Shown here one piece after another: positions 8,128 through 15,949 of a stretch of DNA of 37,581 nucleotides (its first letter is position 1; every line of letters starts with the position of its first letter). The stretch lies in assembly GCA_943359705.1 (NCBI GenBank), contig CALRIB010000001.1:1-37581 (forward strand), written 5' to 3'. Source of the DNA: Candidatus Nomurabacteria bacterium. GTDB taxonomy: Bacteria; Patescibacteriota; Minisyncoccia; Phycocordibacterales; UBA2100. A model generated the notes under the pieces. The model did not search any database, was not told where the DNA came from, and saw only the letters and a program-made list of their open reading frames with translations. Position numbers and translations under genes: made by a program.

Positions 8128-10083
8128 ATGCATCCCTCGCTTAGGGTCGTGCGGGATATTTTTGCTGTTGGCGTCCTCTTCGTCGCTCTAAACACGGGTC
8201 TCAATATAGCCCTCGCGGCCGACGGCGGTAAAGCGACGGCCGACAAGAGCGCCGATGCGATGTGCAATCCCGTCATCACCCAGTGCAAACGTTGCGGCAC
8301 CATTCCCTACGGCTCGACGTGCATCAAAGGAGCGTCCAACAAGCTCAACATGAACGGCTGCCCGTGCCAGAGCAAGGACGGAAAGACCGGTGGTGTGTGC
8401 GTCGCGGCGAACAATTGCAAAGGTACTTGGAGAAAAGACGAGAAAGGTAAAGAAGTGCCCATCGACGGCAAGGGCACACCACCCCCCGCTTCCACCGCAC
8501 CTCCGAGCGGCACCACTCCACCGGGCGACCAGGTCCCGCCGACCACTTCTGCCGACCCGCGTCAGCCGAATCTGAATCCTGACGGTACTCCAGCCGCAGC
8601 AAACAATAGCGGCAAACAAACCGACGCTGCCGCCGAGCTCAACAATCTTGCATATCCCGACAACCCAAATGCTCCTTCGCGTCAGGAACAGCTGGAGAAG
8701 ATTGATGCGGAGATAGCACGACTCAAACAAGACATCTCACAATACTCCGCACAAAATACCGACGCCCAAAAAACGGCGGATCTCGCAGACTTGTACGCGC
8801 GGCGCGATGCGCTCTTGAATCCGCCGTTGACAAACGGGCCGGTTCAACCGTCAACTTTTGATGAGTCGGGGTTTACCCAAATAACCCCGCAGAAAGAGCA
8901 AACCTTTAGCGGTTGGTTATACGATAATACGAACGGATGGCTCGGCGTATCTGATAACCCTACTCAGCGGGCAATAGACCGTCTTACCAGTGAAGGTTTT
9001 ACTCCCGCTCAGCAGGAAAGATATTTTGAACAGTTGGCCGCTTCGGAAAGAGGTGAGGCGGTTCATCCCATTATCCCGCAAAGCACATTCATTGGACATG
9101 CAAATGCGGCCCCGGGCCTCGAAACTGCATGGATGACTCAACCAACCCCCTCAAATTCTTCATTTGTAGATCGACCCATAACTTCAGGCGAAGTGCAGAC
9201 GCAGCTTCCGCCTGCACAGACTTCGCAACAAACGGCACCGACTGCACCGCCCGCGTCTCCGGCCGCATCCGCGCCTCCCACGGGCTACACACCCGCGCCT
9301 TCTCCCGTTCAGTCGGGCCCGACCGGTGCACAACAATCCGGTCCGTTTGGTCCGCCGGCCGGCTCCGCACCGGCTGCACAAGCTCCTGCGACAAACCCCA
9401 CTCAAACCGGCCCGGCTCCTACGCCAACCCCCACTTCGCCCACCGGGCAGAGTCAATTCCCGACGAATCCGACGACCCCCACCAGGCCGACTGCTCCATA
9501 CCCGACTTCTCCTAGTCCGACTCCCACAGGCCCCACTCCTCCGGGGACGAGTCCGATTCCGAATAATCCCACGCAACAATTTCCAACAAGACCCGTTCCA
9601 AATATTCCGCCGACTCCGACCCCTTACACCCCGGCACGACCTACCACTCCAAACGTGCCAACGCGTATCTACAACAACGTCCGCACGTTTACGAATACCG
9701 TCCTTTCGCTTCTCTCGTTCAGCCCGCCGACCAATAACAATACGGTCGTTGTTACGCCTACGCCTGCCCCCGCCACTCCCGTCACGCCGACCGCCTCTAC
9801 ATATGTGCAGGCATGTCCGCCGGGGAAGCCTTGCGCCAATATCCCCATCATTCCGCTTCCGGGTCAGCCGCAGACTCTCACACCCACTGCTCCGCCAACG
9901 ACGCAGCAAACGGGCGCGTACGTGTGTTTCGACACCAACTCGTCTTTGCGGGTCATCACAGGCAGCAACGCATCGAACTGCGTAAAAGTGGGGGACACAC
10001 CGAGCCCGCTTCCGCAGCCGAATATTTCCGACCTTACCGAGCAGCTTCGTAGCTTCCTGACCCCGGCAGGTGCATCGCTATAA
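8128..10083 (+). CDS. secreted protein: signal peptide, Cys-rich N-domain, coiled-coil, ~250-aa Pro/Thr/Gln low-complexity tract, Cys-containing C-domain
   Basis: Signal-like N-terminus, 10 Cys in residues ~45-97, long P/T-rich tract. TGCTATCAT extended -10 at 8113-8121, 6 nt before the ATG. Confidence 0.7.
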   Translation: MHPSLRVVRDIFAVGVLFVALNTGLNIALAADGGKATADKSADAMCNPVITQCKRCGTIPYGSTCIKGASNKLNMNGCPCQSKDGKTGGVCVAANNCKGTWRKDEKGKEVPIDGKGTPPPASTAPPSGTTPPGDQVPPTTSADPRQPNLNPDGTPAAANNSGKQTDAAAELNNLAYPDNPNAPSRQEQLEKIDAEIARLKQDISQYSAQNTDAQKTADLADLYARRDALLNPPLTNGPVQPSTFDESGFTQITPQKEQTFSGWLYDNTNGWLGVSDNPTQRAIDRLTSEGFTPAQQERYFEQLAASERGEAVHPIIPQSTFIGHANAAPGLETAWMTQPTPSNSSFVDRPITSGEVQTQLPPAQTSQQTAPTAPPASPAASAPPTGYTPAPSPVQSGPTGAQQSGPFGPPAGSAPAAQAPATNPTQTGPAPTPTPTSPTGQSQFPTNPTTPTRPTAPYPTSPSPTPTGPTPPGTSPIPNNPTQQFPTRPVPNIPPTPTPYTPARPTTPNVPTRIYNNVRTFTNTVLSLLSFSPPTNNNTVVVTPTPAPATPVTPTASTYVQACPPGKPCANIPIIPLPGQPQTLTPTAPPTTQQTGAYVCFDTNSSLRVITGSNASNCVKVGDTPSPLPQPNISDLTEQLRSFLTPAGASL

Positions 10084-10094
10084 ACAGGCCACGA

Positions 10095-10122
10095 TTGACA
10101 ATTTTGTCAAATTTGATATAAT
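10095..10122 (+). promoter_or_regulatory. near-consensus sigma70-type promoter TTGACA-16-TATAAT with embedded palindrome TTGACAATTTTGTCAA
   Basis: TTGACA at 10095-10100 and TATAAT at 10117-10122. Confidence 0.6.
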
Positions 10123-10196
10123 GTACGGAGTCCGCTCCTTAGGCATCCGATAGTTTGCCTTGGGTTTTCCCCACCGTCCTTAACAGGAGACTCCGC

Positions 10197-10496
10197 ATGT
10201 CGAGTCAAGCCCTTCCCGCGCCTCCCGGCAGCGTCAATGTGCTCAAAATTGTCGTTGTCGGATTGTCGGCGGGACTACTGGTCGCGCTCGTCGCCCTCTA
10301 CCTTCTGCTGGAGAAATCCCGCGAGATGGCACGAACGCTCCCGCAGCCGACGCCAGCGTGCTTCTACGATCCGAACGACGTTCAGTCCTGCTGCGAACGG
10401 AACGAGGTTCCGAAGTTCTCCGTTGACCCCGGCCGCCTCGAAAACGGCAAGGTCGTCTCCCCTTGGAGAACTGCCTGCAGACGCGTACAAACCTGA
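10197..10496 (+). CDS. small single-TM protein with a Cys-containing ectodomain (99 aa)
   Basis: AGGAG at 10185-10189 lies 7 nt before the ATG at 10197. TM IVVVGLSAGLLVALVALYLLL. Confidence 0.55.
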   Translation: MSSQALPAPPGSVNVLKIVVVGLSAGLLVALVALYLLLEKSREMARTLPQPTPACFYDPNDVQSCCERNEVPKFSVDPGRLENGKVVSPWRTACRRVQT

Positions 10497-10515
10497 CGCA
10501 GCAAACATCGGATAA

Positions 10516-10541
10516 GACGGCAGCTCGCTTGAGCCGCCGTC
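10516..10541 (+). terminator. hairpin plus T-tract between the small membrane gene and lemA
   Basis: GACGGCAGCTC-GCTT-GAGCCGCCGTC followed by TTTCCATTT. Confidence 0.5.
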
Positions 10542-10566
10542 TTTCCATTTGTGGTATAGTGGACAC

Positions 10567-11124
10567 ATGACAGGTTGGATTATTTTGGGAATAGTCGTAG
10601 TGGTCGCACTTTGGGCCATCTACGCTTTCAATCGTTTTGTTACGCTTACCAACCGTGTGAAAGAGGCTTGGTCGGATATTGATATCCAGCTGAAGCGTCG
10701 CTACGACCTCATTCCGAATCTCGTGGAGACGGTCAAAGGATACGCCGGGCACGAGAGCGGCACGCTTGCGAAGGTGACCGAGATGCGCACGCGCGCGATG
10801 AACGCCACGACGCCGACCGACAAATCGGCTGCGGAAAACATGCTCTCCGGCGCGCTCAAAACCCTTTTCGCCGTTTCGGAAAATTATCCCAACCTGAGAG
10901 CCAACGAAAACTTCGTCGAACTTCAAAATGAACTTTCCGACACAGAAAACAAAATCCAAGCCGCTCGCCGTTTCTACAATTCCACCGTGCAGGACCTCAA
11001 CACCGGTCTCCAGGTATTCCCGTCCAACCTCATCGGCTCGACCTTCGGCTTCACTCCTCGCGACTTCTTCCAACTGGGCGAGAACGAACAAGCAGCAAAA
11101 GAGCCGGTGAAAGTCAGTTTTTAG
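10567..11124 (+). CDS. lemA: LemA family protein
   Basis: N-terminal TM followed by YNRFV...VKEAWSDIDIQLKRRYDLIPNLVETVKGYA, typical of LemA. TATAGT at 10555-10560 lies 6 nt before the ATG. Confidence 0.9.
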   Translation: MTGWIILGIVVVVALWAIYAFNRFVTLTNRVKEAWSDIDIQLKRRYDLIPNLVETVKGYAGHESGTLAKVTEMRTRAMNATTPTDKSAAENMLSGALKTLFAVSENYPNLRANENFVELQNELSDTENKIQAARRFYNSTVQDLNTGLQVFPSNLIGSTFGFTPRDFFQLGENEQAAKEPVKVSF

Positions 11125-11836
11125 TCGCTGTCCGTATCGTTTTTTTGGTGTGCGGCGGCTTTTTCTGCTGCGGCACCATGAGGGGCGGACGCGGCGCGCT
11201 AATATAAAACTCATGTTTGCCTATTTGGCCGACTTTTATAAGTGAATCAAAAAAGGCCTTTGACCGTTCACTCATTTGGGCATCCGTCGATTTGTAGAAT
11301 TGCGTATTTTCAGGCAAACCGGTTATCTGGGAGAGTTCTCTTACGATAGCTTCCGGACTCTTGTGCGCAAAATGTTTTACGAAGATCTCGGTCAGCTTGA
11401 CGAGGTCGCCGCCCTCGCGCCGCGCGAGCTCTTGCGGATCGTATGCGGTCCACGAAAATTGCCGCTTGGCGTAGACGACGTCCTGGATGCTGTGGCCCCA
11501 ACGTTTCGACGCAAGTCGTGCGAAGGTGACTTGTGCGATAGCCAGTTGACCATGCGCACTCTCGCCGCGCGCCTCATGAAACACGTTCTTTGCCAGGAAT
11601 TCGAGATCGCTTTTGCTGAAAAATTCTTGACGCTGTTCTTGCACTTTGAGTGCACGTGGCTCTGCAGCAGCTGCATCCGTAGGAGTGGCGAGCGAGACGA
11701 CGCTCGCGGCAAGGAGCGTTCGCAATCCGGTCGCGATCTCTTCCATTGAAGGCGGGCGCCCCGACGAACTCTCATCGGCAGCGAAGTCGGAAAGCGTCTC
11801 GCGAAAACTCCGCCGCTGCGGCATTTCCATGTACAT
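11114..11836 (-). CDS. cell wall hydrolase, SleB/Hydrolase_2-like
   Basis: NVFHEARGESAHGQLAIAQVTFARL...VVYAKRQFSW matches the SleB-type hydrolase core. Its 3' end overlaps lemA convergently by 11 nt. Confidence 0.75.
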   Translation of the reverse strand: MYMEMPQRRSFRETLSDFAADESSSGRPPSMEEIATGLRTLLAASVVSLATPTDAAAAEPRALKVQEQRQEFFSKSDLEFLAKNVFHEARGESAHGQLAIAQVTFARLASKRWGHSIQDVVYAKRQFSWTAYDPQELARREGGDLVKLTEIFVKHFAHKSPEAIVRELSQITGLPENTQFYKSTDAQMSERSKAFFDSLIKVGQIGKHEFYISAPRPPLMVPQQKKPPHTKKTIRTATKN

Positions 11837-11881
11837 CGATTCAAGTATAGCTCACCGTAGATTCAGGCCTATTTTCCCAGT

Positions 11882-12787
11882 ATGATGAGCGGGATGGCTT
11901 CCCTCTACACACAGCAGTCAAAAAACGTCTTCCGGACATGGACGATGATGGGGGTGTTTCTCATTTTGGTCATTGGAGTCGGATGGCTGGCGGCGCAATA
12001 CTACGGTGATTCGACACTTCTCTACGTGGCAGTCGGCTTTTCACTGTTTGCCAACGTGGGCGCCTACTGGTTCTCCGACAAAGTCGCTATCGCTTCCGTG
12101 GGAGCGAAGCCGGCTGATGAAAATCAGTACAAAGAATTGCATCGCATCGTCGAAAATCTTGCCATCACGGCGGGGTTGCCGAAGCCGCGTGTGTACATTA
12201 TTGAAGACCCGGCGCCCAACGCATTTGCAACCGGGCGAGATGCAAAGCACGCGGTTATAGCGGTGACGACCGGGCTTCTTGGAATGATGGACCGAAGCGA
12301 GCTCGAAGGCGTGCTCGCGCACGAACTCTCGCACGTGGGCAATCGCGATATTTTGGTGATGACGGTCGCGGTCGTCTTGGTCGGATTCATCTCTGTGCTC
12401 GCCAATATGTTCTTGCATATCGGCCACTGGGGCGGACGCGACAGAGACAGCAAGGGTAACGCATTTATCGCAATTGCCGCGATTATGGCGATGATTCTTG
12501 CACCCATCGCGGCCCAGCTCATCCAACTCGCCATCTCCCGCAAACGTGAATTCTTGGCTGACGCATCGGGCGCTTTGCTCACACGCTATCCCGATGGCCT
12601 AGCGTCCGCGCTCACCAAAATCGGCGCATACGCCGCGCCGATGCAGCGTGCTTCGACCACCACCGCGCATCTTTTCATTTCCAATCCGTTCGGCGCACAT
12701 CCGGCAGGGCAGTACTTGGCCAATCTTTTTTCCACGCATCCGCCTCTTTCCGCGCGCATCGAAGCGCTGCAAGGGATGAACGTGTAA
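11882..12787 (+). CDS. htpX: M48 zinc metalloprotease HtpX
   Basis: HELSHVGNRD (HExxH), four TM segments, C-terminal STHPPLSARI. Confidence 0.93.
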   Translation: MMSGMASLYTQQSKNVFRTWTMMGVFLILVIGVGWLAAQYYGDSTLLYVAVGFSLFANVGAYWFSDKVAIASVGAKPADENQYKELHRIVENLAITAGLPKPRVYIIEDPAPNAFATGRDAKHAVIAVTTGLLGMMDRSELEGVLAHELSHVGNRDILVMTVAVVLVGFISVLANMFLHIGHWGGRDRDSKGNAFIAIAAIMAMILAPIAAQLIQLAISRKREFLADASGALLTRYPDGLASALTKIGAYAAPMQRASTTTAHLFISNPFGAHPAGQYLANLFSTHPPLSARIEALQGMNV

Positions 12788-12793
12788 ATCACC

Positions 12794-13333
12794 ATGCATT
12801 TATCGCGCGACGGCAAATTCGTACGCACCGACATGTGGCGCGAAGGGGAGTATCTCGACCTCTGGAGCGTGCCGCATTTTCTCTCAGGCGTCGCTCTTGC
12901 ACTCGCGATGCGTTACGTGGGCTTCGATGTATTGCCTACTTTTGTCGTGGCGTTCCTGCTCCTTGTCGGCTACGAAATGTTCGAAGCGCTCGCCAAGATA
13001 GAGGAAACTCGCTGGAATCGTACGCTTGACGTCGTTGTCGGGCTAGTGAGCTTTACGCCCACCTATCTTCTCTCCGCGTCATTCGCCGCAGCGGATATTG
13101 TGCCCGCATTCGCACTCGTCGCAGGTATCGATGGCGCACTCAGTTTCATCGGCTGGCGCGCATCGCAAAAAGCAATTGTTCTCGAAACAAAACTTCGCGC
13201 CGAAATTGAAGGCCAAAGAGAAAAAATGCAGGAGCGCGGCGAGCGTATCAAGGCCAAGCTGCACGAAGAGCGGCTCAAGTGGGACAAGCGAGGGCGAGCA
13301 TTCAAAAACCGAATTATTGAAGAGAAACTTTAG
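12794..13333 (+). CDS. hypothetical membrane protein with a charged coiled-coil C-terminus
   Basis: 4-5 TM segments, 6 nt downstream of htpX. No recognisable motif. Confidence 0.55.
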   Translation: MHLSRDGKFVRTDMWREGEYLDLWSVPHFLSGVALALAMRYVGFDVLPTFVVAFLLLVGYEMFEALAKIEETRWNRTLDVVVGLVSFTPTYLLSASFAAADIVPAFALVAGIDGALSFIGWRASQKAIVLETKLRAEIEGQREKMQERGERIKAKLHEERLKWDKRGRAFKNRIIEEKL

Positions 13334-13377
13334 GTGACCGGAACATTCCGCCTTCGCAATCACGATATGGGCGAGAA

Positions 13378-13396
13378 TAGGTCGATATATCGCCCT
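13378..13396. repeat. degenerate second copy (ATAGGTCGATATATCGCCCT) of the TrpR-like operator palindrome, 12 nt past the gene's stop codon
   Basis: The first 16 nt are identical to 13824-13839. Confidence 0.85.
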
Positions 13397-13408
13397 GTTC
13401 GTTTCCGT

Positions 13409-13825
13409 TCAGATTGGTTTTCTCCCGCTTCGAAGTGCGTCCAAACGCTTTTGATGCCGCGGACCCGCCCGGGAGGGCATCCCGGCCGAAAGGAACACTT
13501 CCAGATAATCAAGGAACGAAAGGTTTCTGTTGAAAACACGGCATAGCGGATCAAAGTCTCCGGCCAACAGACGTCTATGGAGGCGCTTAATGGTTGATCC
13601 ACTGACGTTGAGCGTTTGTTCAATGTAGTAATAGGACTGGTCGCGTTCGAGCATCGTTATAATGGCGAGGCGCTTTGCGAGCATCATCCGTTCTGTGGGA
13701 GTTAGAAGAGAACGAACCCGAGCTTTCCCTCTTTGAAGACTTGTTGAGAAAAGAGCATTCATAAACGCATTGATAATATGTTGCTCCGTGCGAGGTTCTA
13801 TCTTTCGTTTCGAGACGTGTGTCAT
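13409..13825 (-). CDS. TrpR/YerC-YecD-like helix-turn-helix protein
   Basis: LLTPTERMMLAKRLAIITMLERDQSYYYIEQTLNVSGSTIKR matches the Trp-repressor-like fold. TGCTACTAT extended -10 at 13844-13852 (minus). Confidence 0.8.
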   Translation of the reverse strand: MTHVSKRKIEPRTEQHIINAFMNALFSTSLQRGKARVRSLLTPTERMMLAKRLAIITMLERDQSYYYIEQTLNVSGSTIKRLHRRLLAGDFDPLCRVFNRNLSFLDYLEVFLSAGMPSRAGPRHQKRLDALRSGRKPI

Positions 13826-13845
13826 AGGTCGATATATCGACCTAT
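13824..13845. promoter_or_regulatory. perfect 22-bp palindrome ATAGGTCGATATATCGACCTAT, spanning the -10 edge to the start codon of the TrpR-like gene (putative operator)
   Basis: Perfect dyad read directly from the sequence. It overlaps the ATG by 2 nt and the TACTAT box by 2 nt. Confidence 0.6.
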
Positions 13846-13859
13846 AGTAGCATTGGCGA

Positions 13860-13887
13860 TTGAACCCAGAAAGAAACTCGATATACT
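13860..13887 (+). promoter_or_regulatory. putative tRNA-Ser promoter TTGAAC-16-TATACT
   Basis: TTGAAC at 13860-13865 and TATACT at 13882-13887, 9 nt before the tRNA 5' end. The -10 overlaps a TCGATATA half-site of the palindrome family. Confidence 0.4.
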
Positions 13888-13896
13888 ACCAGTTAC

Positions 13897-13981
13897 GGAG
13901 GCGTCGCATAGTGGTCTAGTGCACCGCCTTGGAAAGGCGGCATGCCGCAAGGCATCGAGAGTTCGAATCTCTCCGCCTCCG
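13897..13981 (+). tRNA. tRNA-Ser (anticodon GGA), long variable arm
   Basis: Manual cloverleaf: acceptor GGAGGCG/CGCCTCC, anticodon loop TTGGAAA, variable arm ATGCC-GCAA-GGCAT, T-loop TTCGAAT. 85 nt, CCA not encoded. Confidence 0.92.
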
Positions 13982-13986
13982 CCCTT

Positions 13987-14304
13987 ATGGAACAACGAAT
14001 TCAAAATCTTGAGAAAGAACTTGCGGCGATGGCGCAGCGTGTTCAGCAGTTGGAAACTGAAGCATCCGCTCTAAAAGAGCGTAACAAGCGCGTCGAAGGG
14101 GACAAGGCGTGGGAGATAAGTTATTTTAGGAGTTGCTCGCTGGCGGCGGCGACGTACGTTGTCTCGGCCGTCGTGCTCAAAATGATAGACCGCGAGAATT
14201 TCTTCGTCGAAGCGCTGGTGCCGGCGCTCGGGTATCTTCTTTCAACGCTCTCGCTCCCGGCCGTGAAGCGCTGGTGGGTAAGAAAATTTGATTCACGAGT
14301 CTAA
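13987..14304 (+). CDS. hypothetical coiled-coil plus two-TM protein (105 aa)
   Basis: The ATG lies 5 nt after the tRNA-Ser 3' end. The track start at 13942 would overlap the tRNA. Confidence 0.5.
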   Translation: MEQRIQNLEKELAAMAQRVQQLETEASALKERNKRVEGDKAWEISYFRSCSLAAATYVVSAVVLKMIDRENFFVEALVPALGYLLSTLSLPAVKRWWVRKFDSRV

Positions 14305-15221
14305 CGTGAAGCTCTGATGTCTTTCATTATGATGATATCGTCCTCGTGTTGCCCCGGCATCGTGGGGAGGTGAGTCTTGAGCGTAATTTTTACGTCCGTA
14401 CCCTCACCCTTGATCACGAGCGTCAGATTGCCTTCAGCGTCGGGGATACTGTTTTGTTCGCGCGCTTTTTCGATAAGTTTTTGGTAACTCTCAAGAACGT
14501 TTTCCTTGTCTCGTATGCCGAGTTCCCGCAGTGCGGGTTTGTCGAGCTTATCAAGCGTATCCTTCGCTTCGCTGTATGTTAAGACACCCTCAGCGTCGTT
14601 TTTCCCTGCTTCTTGGAACTGCGCATCGGATTTCACCTGCATTTTTTCCCAGAACTCTTCGCCCACCGATGTATCAACTGAAGTCGTCCCGCTCTCTATC
14701 ACCCCTTTCAATTTATACAGACCGGTAGATCGAAGTGAATTGGCCATATTCATGCGGCATAAAATCCAGCCACCCGGCGCTATTTGTTTAAGGAATTTCT
14801 CTCTCGGCAACACGTCCTTGTCGAGAACAACCGCAATATCGGCGCGTTCGGCAAGATGTTGGTGCGCCGGGTCGCCTTTGACGACGTTCTCGAACCCGCT
14901 TTTCTTTTTAAGCATATCCCGCTCCGAGCGTTTCTCCGTGAGGAAGGTGAAGTTGGGAATCGAATCGCCCTTCTTGAAAGCTCGCGTGATTGCCATGTTG
15001 CGCTCCGGATGAACGACATAGATAGAGAGATTCTCAGGGTCAATGCGGTCGAGGTGAAAGGTGCGTCGGAATGCGCGCATCGCCTTGATATCGGTGTGAT
15101 GCACTTCGAGATAGGTATCGCTCTTAAGGTCGCGTGAAAGCTCCTTCTCGAACAACTCCTCTTCGTCCGGAATCTTTTCTAGAGCGCCTACTCCCATCTC
15201 GCCGCCGTGAGCTTTTGTCAT
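14301..15221 (-). CDS. hypothetical acidic cytosolic protein (306 aa), no recognisable family
   Basis: TGCTATACT at 15228-15236 (minus) lies 6 nt before the ATG at 15221. The track start at 15419 would overlap the divergent DUF192 gene. Confidence 0.6.
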   Translation of the reverse strand: MTKAHGGEMGVGALEKIPDEEELFEKELSRDLKSDTYLEVHHTDIKAMRAFRRTFHLDRIDPENLSIYVVHPERNMAITRAFKKGDSIPNFTFLTEKRSERDMLKKKSGFENVVKGDPAHQHLAERADIAVVLDKDVLPREKFLKQIAPGGWILCRMNMANSLRSTGLYKLKGVIESGTTSVDTSVGEEFWEKMQVKSDAQFQEAGKNDAEGVLTYSEAKDTLDKLDKPALRELGIRDKENVLESYQKLIEKAREQNSIPDAEGNLTLVIKGEGTDVKITLKTHLPTMPGQHEDDIIIMKDIRASR

Positions 15222-15284
15222 GGCAAAAGTATAGCAAAATCGGACGAGAGTGTGCAGGAGAGATGGGTGTGGTTTAATGTGCGG

Positions 15285-15824
15285 ATGCATCTCCGGCACG
15301 CGTTTCTTGTGGCAGTTGTTGTATGTATCGTCGCACTTGTTTTCATTAAACTCCCCGCGTTTCCCGCAAATCCTGCGACTGCGACGTCGACCCCGGCTAC
15401 TTCTATGCCGGTTGTCCAAGAAGAATCAACGACGACCGCCGCGGGCACGCCCCGCGTGCCCGCGGCACCCTTTCCCTCCGTGCAAATCGGCGGACAAACA
15501 GTGCACGTCACCATCGCCGACACACCCGACAAGCGTGAACAAGGTTTGAGCGGTCGCAAAGGCCTCGCGCCCGACGAAGGAATGCTCTTCGTTTTTCCCG
15601 GCGACGGCCAGTACGGCTTTTGGATGAAGGACATGCTCTTTTCGATTGATATTGTGTGGGTGTCGGCGAGCAGCACAGTCGTTGACATACAGGCGAATGT
15701 CTCTCCGGATACCTATCCGAGCGTGTTCCAGCCCAAAGCAGCGGCGCGCTATGTTTTGGAGCTCCCCGCCGGATTTGCCAAGCTTTACAACGTGCAAAAG
15801 GGGGGTGCCGTCGTGCTCCCATAA
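15285..15824 (+). CDS. DUF192 domain protein with N-terminal TM
   Basis: GLSGRKGLAPDEGMLFVFPGDGQYGFWMKDMLFSIDIVWV is a typical DUF192 core. TTTAAT at 15273-15278 lies 6 nt before the ATG. Confidence 0.8.
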   Translation: MHLRHAFLVAVVVCIVALVFIKLPAFPANPATATSTPATSMPVVQEESTTTAAGTPRVPAAPFPSVQIGGQTVHVTIADTPDKREQGLSGRKGLAPDEGMLFVFPGDGQYGFWMKDMLFSIDIVWVSASSTVVDIQANVSPDTYPSVFQPKAAARYVLELPAGFAKLYNVQKGGAVVLP

Positions 15825-15845
15825 AAACTTCATCGCAGCCGGCGG

Positions 15846-15865
15846 CCTGCCTGCCGGTAGGCAAG
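15846..15865 (+). terminator. GC hairpin CCTGCCTGCCGGTAGGCAAG (second copy of the 599-618 palindrome) after the DUF192 gene
   Basis: 18/20 identical to 599-618. Located 22 nt after the stop codon, with a T-rich stretch further downstream. Confidence 0.5.
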
Positions 15866-15949
15866 TTGTCCACACCTCCTTGTTCATTTCATTTTAAAAG
15901 TGCGGGGGTACAATGAATCTCCGCTTAGGGGTTTACCAAGATAACGTCA

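Noticed and set aside
8188-9985. ORFs 8188..8730(-), 9184..9909(-), 9326..9985(+) and others inside the Pro/Thr-rich gene.
   Set aside because: They are compositional artefacts of the CCN/ACN-rich tract. Only the + frame starting at 8128 has a promoter, a signal peptide and continuity.
10243-11214. 323-aa ORF on the minus strand opposite the small membrane gene and lemA.
   Set aside because: It is antisense to a confidently recognised LemA. It is Arg-rich and has no motif, promoter or SD.
13942-13986. Track start of ORF 13942..14304, and ORFs 13778..14074(+) and 13822..14004(-).
   Set aside because: They overlap tRNA-Ser. An in-frame ATG at 13987, just after the tRNA, gives a sensible protein.
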